60,915 nucleotides of DNA from an uncultured Gammaproteobacteria bacterium (GCA_964400885.1 CAYNWH010000002.1:24668-85582), one strand, 5' to 3'. Counted from the stretch's first letter, positions 1 to 8,524 are shown. Program-made: numbers and translations. Notes: generated from the letters alone by a model not told the origin.

Positions 1-41
1 TTAAATTATAGAGTTTTAGAATTTTAGATTATAGATTTTTA

Positions 42-88
42 GTTTAGAATTTTAGTACTAAAACGCCAAAACTCTAAAATGCTAAAAT
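42..88. repeat. AT-rich palindromic spacer repeat, copy 1 (TTAGAATTTTAG...CTAAAATGCTAAAAT family)
   Basis: gtttagaattttagtactaaaacgccaaaactctaaaatgctaaaat aligns with few mismatches to 10141-10190; contains TTTTAG-TA-CTAAAA hairpin. Confidence 0.55.
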
Positions 89-366
89 ACTGATTTAGTT
101 TTAATAAGATCCCCTTCCCTCTCTGCCGCTTGTTTAATCAAATTTTCCTGATAATCACACTGGTCTATTTCATCAGCGCGATAAATATTTTCCAAACCAG
201 TGACCTGGGCCGTGATTTCCACATTGTCAGTATTAACTTCTTTAAGTTTTTCAAAATAATCCAAAACTTCAGAAAGCTGATTAGCATACTGATCTTTTTC
301 CGCCTCAGTTAATTCCAAACGGGAAAGCTGAGCGATTTTTTCTACTTCTGATTTAGTTAATTTCAT
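82..366 (-). CDS. gatC: Asp-tRNA(Asn)/Glu-tRNA(Gln) amidotransferase subunit C
   Basis: 94-aa ORF; KIAQLSRLELTEAE...VTGLEN...RADE layout typical of GatC; AT-rich, no SD. Confidence 0.85.
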   Translation of the reverse strand: MKLTKSEVEKIAQLSRLELTEAEKDQYANQLSEVLDYFEKLKEVNTDNVEITAQVTGLENIYRADEIDQCDYQENLIKQAAEREGDLIKTKSVF

Positions 367-424
367 AAAATTATCTTAACATTTTAAATTTATATTTTCA
401 ATCCAATTATTCATCGTTCATCAT

Positions 425-1441
425 TCAAAATCCCACATACTCGACTTCTTCCATTAATTGAATGCCTAATTCGTCCCGCACTTTCATTTTCACATAAGAA
501 ATCAACTGCAAAACCTGGTTAGCCGTAGCCCCGCCTAAATTAATAATAAAATTGGCATGTTTATTAGAAATCTGAGCTTGGCCGATTGTTTTGCCTTTTA
601 AATCCAATAATTCTATGAGCCAGGCAGCTGGCACTTTTTTCTTCTCTAAATATTCAGGCGGCAAATTCCTTAAATTTTTAACAGCATCCATATTGTCAGT
701 ATTAATCAAAACATTTTGGAAAATACAGCCAGCTGAAGGAGATTCTAAAGGCAGGTTATCTTTTCTTTTTTGCAAAATCTCTTTAACCGTAGCTTGAGCT
801 TTTGTCTTATCCCCTTTGGCTAACTCAAATTCCGCAGAAATAATTAAATCATTATTGCGTTTAAAAATAGAGTCGCGGTATTTAAACCCGCATTTATCTT
901 TATTTAAAACAAACTGTTTAGAACCGCGCATTACTTCCACGCCAATTAAATGATCAGCGATTTCACTGCCATAAGCGCCGGCATTGCCGCGAATTGCACC
1001 GCCTACGCTGCCAGGAATACCACCCAGGTTTTCCAAACCGACCAAACCTTGATCAATAGTTTTGTTCACCAAATCCATAAGCCAGACTCCGGCATCAGCC
1101 ACCACTTTATTGCCTTTCTTTCCGCCTGAGGCGGATCCCTGCCCGCCGGCAGGCGCGGCGCCTTTGGCGGAAATAATAACATCTTTCGCCTGGTTTAAAA
1201 TCACCAGACCGTCAAACCCAGAATCAGCCACCAAAACATTACTGCAACCGGCTAAAATATAAGTCGAAATTTTTAATTTTTTGGCAAAGGTTATGGCTCG
1301 TACTAAATCTTCATTATTTTTGGCTATAAAAAAATACTTGGCTGCCCCGCCAATTTTAAAGGTGGTGTACTTTGCAAGAGGCTCATTAGTCTCAACTTTT
1401 TTGCCTAAAAGTTTTTCTAATTCTTGAATCTGTTTATCCAT
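425..1441 (-). CDS. murB: UDP-N-acetylenolpyruvoylglucosamine reductase
   Basis: 338-aa ORF; FAD-binding N-terminus (TFKIGGAAKYF), GGIPGSVGGAIRGNAGAYG, C-terminal SAGCIFQN MurB motif; carries a GC-rich in-frame insert at 1120-1172. Confidence 0.9.
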   Translation of the reverse strand: MDKQIQELEKLLGKKVETNEPLAKYTTFKIGGAAKYFFIAKNNEDLVRAITFAKKLKISTYILAGCSNVLVADSGFDGLVILNQAKDVIISAKGAAPAGGQGSASGGKKGNKVVADAGVWLMDLVNKTIDQGLVGLENLGGIPGSVGGAIRGNAGAYGSEIADHLIGVEVMRGSKQFVLNKDKCGFKYRDSIFKRNNDLIISAEFELAKGDKTKAQATVKEILQKRKDNLPLESPSAGCIFQNVLINTDNMDAVKNLRNLPPEYLEKKKVPAAWLIELLDLKGKTIGQAQISNKHANFIINLGGATANQVLQLISYVKMKVRDELGIQLMEEVEYVGF

Positions 1442-1444
1442 AGA

Positions 1445-1993
1445 TTATTTTTTCTTCTTAGCAGCAGCCTTCTTTTTGGCGACTGTTTTTTTGGCTGCAA
1501 CTTTTTTTGTGGGCTTTGATTTTTTAACTTCTTTAACTTCTTTCTCCGGCTTTATAATTTTAGCTGCTATTAAGGCATTGATTATTTTATCAAGCTTGGC
1601 ATTTATATTGGCCAGTTGGTCGCTTTTTTGCGCCGGACCAGCACCGCTTTTGCCAAAGCACTGATCACAATATACTGGTTTGCCGGGTGTAGGCTGAAAA
1701 GGCACTTGGCATGGTTTGCCGCATTTATCGCAAATAACTGAATACATTTTCCGATCTCTATCTCTATAACGCCCCTTACCAAAATCTCGGCCTCCAGACC
1801 TCCTGGATTGGCTGCCTTGCCTTTTGGCAAAACAGGCAGTGCAATAAACTGGTTTGTCTCCCGTTGGCCTAAATGGCACTTCACATACTTGGCCGCATTC
1901 AGCACAAATTGCTTCATACATTTGTGATCTAGCGCCAGAACCTCGTCCGCCAAAATCTCTTTTTCTGGAATCTCTACCTCTTGAATTTTTCAT
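1445..1993 (-). CDS. Tandem CxxC-CxxC zinc-ribbon protein with Lys/Ala-rich C-terminal tail
   Basis: 182 aa; two copies of CxxCGxxCxVPFxPTxxKPVYCxxCF, then KKVAAKKTVAKKKAAAKKKK tail; function unknown. Confidence 0.75.
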   Translation of the reverse strand: MKNSRGRDSRKRDFGGRGSGARSQMYEAICAECGQVCEVPFRPTGDKPVYCTACFAKRQGSQSRRSGGRDFGKGRYRDRDRKMYSVICDKCGKPCQVPFQPTPGKPVYCDQCFGKSGAGPAQKSDQLANINAKLDKIINALIAAKIIKPEKEVKEVKKSKPTKKVAAKKTVAKKKAAAKKKK

Positions 1994-2064
1994 AAAATTT
2001 TTGATTATTTACTTTATTATTTAATTATATTAACATTGGCCGGTAATTTTTGCATAATAATATT

Positions 2065-2168
2065 CGAACGCCTGCTATATTTGGCGGAGGAACCGGCTAC
2101 TGAACAAGCCAAACCCATCTTTAACCGATATCCCCTAGTGGAACAACCATTCTGCGCGGGGATTTTTT
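2065..2168 (+). ncRNA. Candidate small RNA (unknown class) between two minus-strand genes
   Basis: TGcATAATA -10-like box at 2051-2059; ATCCCC...GGGGAT hairpin followed by TTTTTT (2130-2168) reads as a terminator only on the + strand, which has no ORF here. Confidence 0.25.
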
Positions 2169-2436
2169 AATTGCCCAAAGTTTCTATCATTTTCAATAGT
2201 TCCTGAAAATCTTCTCTTGTCCAGCCAGGATAAAATTGTTCTCTGGTATCCGGATCGCCTTTGCCGGCAATATATTCTTTTATTTCCCTTATAATATACT
2301 TGCCTCCGCCCTTATGATCTTCTTCCGCTCTTTTGTAGATATCAAATTTTGCTAATACCATTCTGTCTCTTTTTCTTCTATCTTCCAAAGAAGGCAATTC
2401 CGGCGCAATCGGATAATTAGGATTTTCTGATTTCAT
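2167..2436 (-). CDS. Hypothetical protein (89 aa)
   Basis: ORF only; no recognised motif. Confidence 0.5.
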   Translation of the reverse strand: MKSENPNYPIAPELPSLEDRRKRDRMVLAKFDIYKRAEEDHKGGGKYIIREIKEYIAGKGDPDTREQFYPGWTREDFQELLKMIETLGN

Positions 2437-2457
2437 ATTTTTATTGGTTAATTTTAT

Positions 2458-2823
2458 TTAGCTATTTTTTTTCATTTCTTTAGCTTGCCTTACTCTATCT
2501 CTGACAAGTTTTTCCAGGTTTTTTTTCTCTGAACGTTTCCTTCCTTTGCCCCATTCCTGTTCCAGCTGTTTAATGACTGATTCTTCATCATTATTCTCTA
2601 ACAATTCTGCTGCCCTATTAACTCTTAATTCAGAAATTATACTGCCAGTTAAATTAGCAGCTTCCAGCATTGATAGCCCAAATTTTTCTTTTAGTTCTTT
2701 TACAATTTCCATTTTATTATCCCAATCAGGCGTAAGGTTATCTTTAACAAATTTCATTGCCTGTTCTGTTACATTGCTTTCCTTTTTTAACATTGAATTT
2801 TCAGGCGTGATAGGCATATTCAT
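2458..2823 (-). CDS. Hypothetical protein (121 aa)
   Basis: ORF only; charged, helical-looking; no recognised motif. Confidence 0.5.
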   Translation of the reverse strand: MNMPITPENSMLKKESNVTEQAMKFVKDNLTPDWDNKMEIVKELKEKFGLSMLEAANLTGSIISELRVNRAAELLENNDEESVIKQLEQEWGKGRKRSEKKNLEKLVRDRVRQAKEMKKNS

Positions 2824-2880
2824 AAGTTTAGAATTTATTTATTAGAATTAATTTGGAATTTGATTATTGATAATTGGTCA

Positions 2881-4341
2881 TTACACAAGTTGCCTGGCAA
2901 CTTGGTCTATATCCCCTGCCCCCATAATCAGCACCACGTCATTACTTTGCACTTCATCCAGAATTTTGGCTTTAGTATCAGCCAGATTAGGCGCGTAAAA
3001 ATATTTTGATTTTACGCTAATACCTTTAACTAAATCTTTTGCCTCAGCCTGGGTAATTTTATCTACCAGATCCTGCGAACTAACCCTTTTAGTCACATCT
3101 TTTTCTTCCCGGCCCGCCACATCATAAATCTCTGACAAAATCACCACTTCAGCCGGAGATTGGGCAAATGCTTTGACAAAATCATCAAACAAAGCTTTAG
3201 TGCGCTGAATCTGGTGGGGTTGAAAAACTACCAGTAAACGTTTATCAGGATAAAATTCTTTGACTGCCTTAATAGTTTTAGCCACTTCAGTGGGATGATG
3301 AGCATAATCTGAAATAACCAAAGCGCCATTTTGTTCTTGGCTTAAATTTTTAATCTTGCCAATGATTTCAAACCGGCGCCAAGCGCCTTTATATTGTGCC
3401 AAAGTATCTTTGAGTACATCCTGATTAACACCTAATTCCAAAGCCATTAAACTGGCGGCAAAAGCATTGGCAATATTAAATTGGCCAGGGATTTGCAGAT
3501 TAAAATCTTTAAATTCCTGATTTTTATAAACCGGCCTAAATATCTGGCGGCCATGGTCTATTTTAATATTCTTGGCAATTAAATCAGCTGATTCATTGGT
3601 AAGAGCATAACTGACTACATGGCAATTTGGCTTTTCAATTCTTTCGCTTAAAATCGGATCATCAGCATTATAAATATAATAACCGTCAGGTGGCAGTTTA
3701 TTAATAAACTCCTGAAAAGTTTCAATCACCTGATTTAAATCTTTATAATAATCAGAATGATCAAATTCAATGTTATTAAGAATAATAACCTGCGGATTTA
3801 AATTCAGCATGTGCGCTTTGTACTCATCAGCTTCTACCACAAAATACTTGCTGGCGCCCAGCCTTAAATTACCGTCCCAGTTTTGCACTTTAGAACCCAC
3901 AATAACAGTCGGATCAAACCCAGCATTTTCCAAAATCAAACCAGCCATGGCCGTGGTCGTGGTTTTGCCATGACAGCCAGAAATAGCAATCGTATATTTG
4001 TCTTTTGAATATTCGCCAAGAAACTGAAAGTAGCTTAAACTTTCAATTTTCAACTTTTTAGCCTGCATTCTTTCCGGATTATCTTCTGGGGCCGCATCAG
4101 TGTAAATGACCAGATCCGCATCTGCCGGAACATTAGCCGCCTGATGCGGCCCGACTTTAATTTGCGCGCCAAAATTTATTAAAACTTCAATCAAAGCCGA
4201 ATCATTCAGATCAGAACCAGTCACTGTCTTGCCTAGGTTTAATAAAAGATTAGCCACGGCAGAAATGCCAATGCCGCCAATGCCTATAATGTGAACTTTT
4301 TTGAGTTTTGATAGATCCATATGTTTAAATTTTTTTCGCAA
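2881..4341 (-). CDS. murC: UDP-N-acetylmuramate--L-alanine ligase
   Basis: 486 aa; HIIGIGGIGISA N-terminus, GCHGKTTTT P-loop, Mur ligase middle and C domains; start may be the internal MDLSK (4320), which removes the overlap with the upstream gene. Confidence 0.9.
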   Translation of the reverse strand: MRKKFKHMDLSKLKKVHIIGIGGIGISAVANLLLNLGKTVTGSDLNDSALIEVLINFGAQIKVGPHQAANVPADADLVIYTDAAPEDNPERMQAKKLKIESLSYFQFLGEYSKDKYTIAISGCHGKTTTTAMAGLILENAGFDPTVIVGSKVQNWDGNLRLGASKYFVVEADEYKAHMLNLNPQVIILNNIEFDHSDYYKDLNQVIETFQEFINKLPPDGYYIYNADDPILSERIEKPNCHVVSYALTNESADLIAKNIKIDHGRQIFRPVYKNQEFKDFNLQIPGQFNIANAFAASLMALELGVNQDVLKDTLAQYKGAWRRFEIIGKIKNLSQEQNGALVISDYAHHPTEVAKTIKAVKEFYPDKRLLVVFQPHQIQRTKALFDDFVKAFAQSPAEVVILSEIYDVAGREEKDVTKRVSSQDLVDKITQAEAKDLVKGISVKSKYFYAPNLADTKAKILDEVQSNDVVLIMGAGDIDQVARQLV

Positions 4342-5026
4342 CCGTAATTATATTGCGTTTATTAGAAACATTTTTAATAATTTCAAAGCCTGTTTTTTTC
4401 ATTAAACGCGCCACGTTTAATTCAGTTAAGGCATGAATATAGCGGAAATATTTTTTTTGCCAAGGAATAAAAACATCCTGAAAATCAAGGTCTTTTAATT
4501 TAATACCCTGAGCTTCTTCATAAGGCTCAGTCAGTTTTAAAAGCGTGTATTTAATGATATATTTAAGATACTTTGGCTGCCATAAATTCCAGTTAGTCAT
4601 TAATAATTTGCCGCCTGGCTTTAAAACAGAATAGGCTTCGCGTAAAACTTTCATTCTTAAACGGCTAGAAGGTATATGATGCAACGTGGCAATTAAAAAT
4701 ACCAAGTCGAATTTTTTATTTAAAAAGGATAAATCTAATATATCAGCGACCTGAAAATTTTGGTTGGGCCATTTTACTTTTGCCTCTGCTATTAATTTTT
4801 CACTATTATCTAGACCTAAGTAATTTATTTTATAATCTTTCAGTAAATCCAAAATCCGACCATTGCCGCAGCCCAGATCCAAAATATCTTGACCATTTTG
4901 CAAATATCCTTTAAAATACTCAAATTCAGGCCAAGATGACGCGCGAGTAATAGAAAAATCTCGGGCAATCTGATCATAAAGCTCCTGGTTTTGGGCCATT
5001 ATTTTAAGAGCAGTATCTTGTTTCAT
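4325..5026 (-). CDS. Class I SAM-dependent methyltransferase
   Basis: 233 aa; ILDLGCGNGR motif I and LKPGGKLL post-motif; substrate unknown. Confidence 0.75.
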   Translation of the reverse strand: MKQDTALKIMAQNQELYDQIARDFSITRASSWPEFEYFKGYLQNGQDILDLGCGNGRILDLLKDYKINYLGLDNSEKLIAEAKVKWPNQNFQVADILDLSFLNKKFDLVFLIATLHHIPSSRLRMKVLREAYSVLKPGGKLLMTNWNLWQPKYLKYIIKYTLLKLTEPYEEAQGIKLKDLDFQDVFIPWQKKYFRYIHALTELNVARLMKKTGFEIIKNVSNKRNIITVAKKI

Positions 5027-5128
5027 AATATACTAAATAAGGCTAAATTTTGAATTTTGAATTTTAAATAAAGGCTAAATGAATCAATTTAAAATTAAGA
5101 CATTAGAAATTCAATTAAAATTTATAAT

Positions 5129-6700
5129 ATGGATATCCACCAACAAATAGTAAAAAAACTAACCAAAACCAAATTCAACAGCCAACAGGAATTAAATTAC
5201 CAGATTCGCAAGATTGCTGGCAGTTTTAAAATGGCTGCGCCGCAAAAAATTAAACTGCTTTCAGCTTATCATAAATTGCTTAAACAAGGAAGTATTAAAA
5301 AGCAAAAAAAGCTTGAAAATTGGCTAAAAAAACGGGAAATCCGCACGCTTTCCGGCGTAGCGCCTATTGCAGTTTTAACCAAGCCTTACCCCTGCCCTGG
5401 CCAGTGCATTTATTGCCCGACTGAAAGCCAGATGCCTAAATCATATTTATCCAATGAGCCAGCAGTGATGCGGGCAATATTAAATAACTTTGATCCTTAT
5501 AAACAAGTAAAAATGAGATTAAGGGCTTTAGCCATGACTGGCCATAAAACTGACAAATGCGAATTAATTGTTATGGGTGGCACCTGGTCATATTTGCCGA
5601 AAAAATACCAAACCTGGTTTATTAAACGCTGTTTTGACGCTTTTAACCAAAAGACAGCTAAAACTTTAGAAAAAGCCCAAAAGTTAAATGAAACAGCTAA
5701 ATACCGCGTGATCGGCTTAACATTGGAAACCCGGCCCGATTACATTGATATTAAAGAAATCCAAAGAATGCGTGAACTGGGCTGCACTCGGGTTGAATTA
5801 GGCGTGCAAACTATTGACGACAAGATTTTAAAAATAACCCAGCGCGGCCATTTGACTGACCAGACAATTAAAGCCACTAAATTATTAAAAGATGCTGGCT
5901 TTAAAATTTCTTATCATATGATGCCCAACCTGCCCACTTCAACGCCAGCCAAAGATTTTAAAATTTTCCAAAAATTATTTACTAATCAAAATTTCCAGCC
6001 GGACATGCTAAAAATTTATCCTTGTGTAGTGACCAGAGATAGTAAGATTTATAACTGGTATAAAAAAGGTAAATATAAAGCTTACTCTGACAAACAGCTT
6101 TTAAATCTTTTAATAAAAATAAAAAAATATATTCCGCCTTATGTGAGAATTACGCGTTTAATCCGCGACATACCCAGCGAAAGTATTATGGCTGGCAATA
6201 AAATTTCCAATCTGCGCCAGTTAATTCAGGAAAAATTAAAAGCTAACAATGAATTTTGCCAGTGCATTCGTTGCCGGGAAGCACGTAATAAACAATTAAC
6301 ATTTAACAATTTACAGTTAACTATTAAAAAATATAAAGCATCAGACGGCCTGGAATATTTTTTAAGCTATGAATCAAAGGACAAAAAAACCTTATTTGCT
6401 TTTTTAAGATTAAGAATTCCGCGAAAACCTGATTCGGAAATAATTAAGGCTTTGCCAGAATTAAAAGATGCTGCTTTAATTCGCGAAGTCCATACTTATG
6501 GCACGCTTATTCCCTTAAAATCAAAACAAAAAGCTGTGCAGCATCTTGGGCTAGGCAAAAGATTAATGCAAGAAGCAGAGAAAATCGTTAAAAAACATAA
6601 ATTTAATAAAATTGCAGTAATTGCTGGCATTGGAGTCAGAGAATATTATAAAAAGCTAGGCTATAAGCTGGCCAATACATATATGGTCAAAAAACTTTGA
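5129..6700 (+). CDS. elp3: Elp3-type radical SAM + GNAT acetyltransferase (tRNA U34 modification family)
   Basis: 523 aa; CPGQCIYCP radical-SAM cluster motif, central Elp3 region, C-terminal GNAT (HLGLGKRLMQEAE). Confidence 0.8.
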   Translation: MDIHQQIVKKLTKTKFNSQQELNYQIRKIAGSFKMAAPQKIKLLSAYHKLLKQGSIKKQKKLENWLKKREIRTLSGVAPIAVLTKPYPCPGQCIYCPTESQMPKSYLSNEPAVMRAILNNFDPYKQVKMRLRALAMTGHKTDKCELIVMGGTWSYLPKKYQTWFIKRCFDAFNQKTAKTLEKAQKLNETAKYRVIGLTLETRPDYIDIKEIQRMRELGCTRVELGVQTIDDKILKITQRGHLTDQTIKATKLLKDAGFKISYHMMPNLPTSTPAKDFKIFQKLFTNQNFQPDMLKIYPCVVTRDSKIYNWYKKGKYKAYSDKQLLNLLIKIKKYIPPYVRITRLIRDIPSESIMAGNKISNLRQLIQEKLKANNEFCQCIRCREARNKQLTFNNLQLTIKKYKASDGLEYFLSYESKDKKTLFAFLRLRIPRKPDSEIIKALPELKDAALIREVHTYGTLIPLKSKQKAVQHLGLGKRLMQEAEKIVKKHKFNKIAVIAGIGVREYYKKLGYKLANTYMVKKL

Positions 6701-6741
6701 AAAGATTTTACTTTTAAAATTTATATTGCTATAATACAAGC

Positions 6742-6972
6742 ACCTCCTTACCTTATAAAGGAAATGATCAACCCAGTAGCCAACCACTCCTAACCGAGGG
6801 AGCTAATAAAGCTCCCCAAAAAAATTACTAGCAAGCCAAAGCAGTGGCGGAAAAGCTCAATCTTCGGCTGAACGAGCAAAGCGGATCCAAACTCGGATGC
6901 GTAGAACCATGGCTAAAGGTTTGCTAGTTTCTTAAAAGGGGCTATCGCAAGATAGCCCCTTCCCTATTTTTT
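6742..6972 (+). ncRNA. Candidate ~230-nt small RNA (unknown class)
   Basis: Extended -10 TGCTATAAT at 6727-6735; ends in an 11-bp GNRA-capped stem (aaggggctatc-GCAA-gatagcccctt, 6936-6961) plus T-run; no ORF; predicted 5' end is CACCTCCTTA. Confidence 0.4.
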
Positions 6973-6995
6973 AAAAAAAATGCTATAATAAAATG

Positions 6996-7136
6996 TAATG
7001 GCGGGGTCACATAATCGACCTTTTGCCAGGTATATAGCTAGCCAAGCTAGGCACATAAAATTCCCGCCTGGGAAAATAGCCTATTGCTTGGCCCAATTCC
7101 TTTCAGGAGGGTCGCCCGACCCTCCTTTATCTTTTG
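6996..7136 (+). promoter_or_regulatory. Candidate terminator-based leader/attenuator upstream of glyA-folD
   Basis: Second identical TGCTATAAT (6981-6989); terminator aggagggtcg-ccc-cgaccctcct + T-run (7105-7136); upstream GGGGTC (7003-7008) duplicates the terminator 5' arm; GGCGGG/CCCGCC potential pairing. Confidence 0.4.
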
Positions 7137-7267
7137 ACAGGGACATTTTAAATACGTAAAATTAGAATATGATACGAATATACAAATCTGCTACAAATAT
7201 ACAAATTTTTTAAAATAATAAGGTTTACTTGTAGTAATTTGTAATTAATTCGTACATTTGTAACAAT

Positions 7268-8515
7268 ATGAAAAATTTACAAAAACAAGACAACGAAATT
7301 TATCAAAGCATAAAAAATGAATTAGACCGCCAACAATCCGGCTTGGTTATGATACCTTCAGAAAATTTCACTTCACCAGCTGTTTTAGAAACCATGGCCA
7401 GTGTTTTGAACAATAAATATGCTGAAGGTTATCCTGAAAAACGCTATTATACTGGCAATCAATTTATAGATGAGATTGAAAATTTGGCCATTAAACGGGC
7501 TAAAAAATTATTTGGCGCTGACTATGCTAATGTTCAGCCGCATGCTGGCACAACTGCAAATTTAGCCATTTATTTTGCTTTGCTCAAGCCAGGCGATAAA
7601 ATTTTATCCTTAAATTTATCTCATGGCGGTCATTTATCTCATGGCAGTAAAGTCAGCCTGGTCAGCCAATTTTATAAGATTGTCCATTATAATGTTGATC
7701 CTCTCACTTGCCTACTTGATTATGATGAGATCAGGCAAATTGCTCTCAATGAAAAGCCGCAGCTGATAATTTCAGGTTTTTCTTCTTACCCCAGAAAAAT
7801 CAACTTTAAATTTTTTAATGATATTGCTAAAGAAATAGGCGCTTATCATTTGGCAGATATTTCCCATATTGCCGGTTTAATTATTGCCAATGAACATCCA
7901 GACGCTATTCCTTATGCTGATGTGGTGATGACTACCACTCATAAAACTTTACGCGGACCCAGAGGCGCGATTATTTTAGGGAAAAAAGAATTAGCAGAAA
8001 AAATTAATAAAGCTGTTTTTCCTGGTACTCAAGGCGGACCATTTGAGCATATTATTGCGGCCAAAGCTGTTTGTTTTCAGCAGGCTATGACTAAGGAATT
8101 CATCAATGACCAAAAACAAACAGTGAAAAATGCTCAGGCCCTGGCCCAAACATTAATTAGCAATGACCTAACATTAATTACCGGAGGCACTGACACTCAT
8201 TTAATCCTGATTGATTGCCGGCCTTTAAATTTAACGGGCAAACAAGCAGCTGATTTATTAGCTGATTTAGGAATTTATACTAATGCTAATGTTATTCCTT
8301 ATGATGAAAAGCCAGCAGCCAATCCTTCTGGCTTGCGACTAGGTACGCCAGCCTTAACTACTCAAGGCATGAAAGAAAAGGAAATGCGAATGATCGGGCA
8401 AATAATTTCAGATGTGCTTAAAAATCCAAATGACTCGAATATAAAATTAAAAGCCAAAAAGTTGGTTGCAGAATTAACTGACAAGTTTTCTATTTATAAA
8501 GATTTAAAGTATTAA
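7268..8515 (+). CDS. glyA: Serine hydroxymethyltransferase
   Basis: 415 aa; LNNKYAEGYP, VQPHAGTTAN, TTTHKTLRGPRG (PLP-lysine motif). Confidence 0.95.
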   Translation: MKNLQKQDNEIYQSIKNELDRQQSGLVMIPSENFTSPAVLETMASVLNNKYAEGYPEKRYYTGNQFIDEIENLAIKRAKKLFGADYANVQPHAGTTANLAIYFALLKPGDKILSLNLSHGGHLSHGSKVSLVSQFYKIVHYNVDPLTCLLDYDEIRQIALNEKPQLIISGFSSYPRKINFKFFNDIAKEIGAYHLADISHIAGLIIANEHPDAIPYADVVMTTTHKTLRGPRGAIILGKKELAEKINKAVFPGTQGGPFEHIIAAKAVCFQQAMTKEFINDQKQTVKNAQALAQTLISNDLTLITGGTDTHLILIDCRPLNLTGKQAADLLADLGIYTNANVIPYDEKPAANPSGLRLGTPALTTQGMKEKEMRMIGQIISDVLKNPNDSNIKLKAKKLVAELTDKFSIYKDLKY

Positions 8516-8524
8516 ATATATAAA

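Noticed and set aside
1603-1953. A 116-aa alternate-frame ORF inside the zinc-ribbon gene, and 13409-13648 / 14111-14461 inside the 352-aa gene
   Set aside because: They are fully nested in longer ORFs with clearer features (repeated CxxC modules, SD-supported start). They have no independent signals.
6741-6750. CACCTCCTTA as the 3' end of a 16S rRNA gene
   Set aside because: The upstream sequence is the end of the Elp3 ORF and a promoter-like box, with no rRNA-like sequence. No rRNA genes were seen anywhere in the window.
7000-7072. A canonical ZTP (pfl) riboswitch upstream of glyA
   Set aside because: Only the CCGCCUGGG string and a GGCGG partner are present. The 5' sub-domain (P1/P2 with the GACUGGCG-type junction as I recall it) is not recognisable, and a 9-mer match is near chance level in 60 kb. 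It is reported as an unclassified leader instead.
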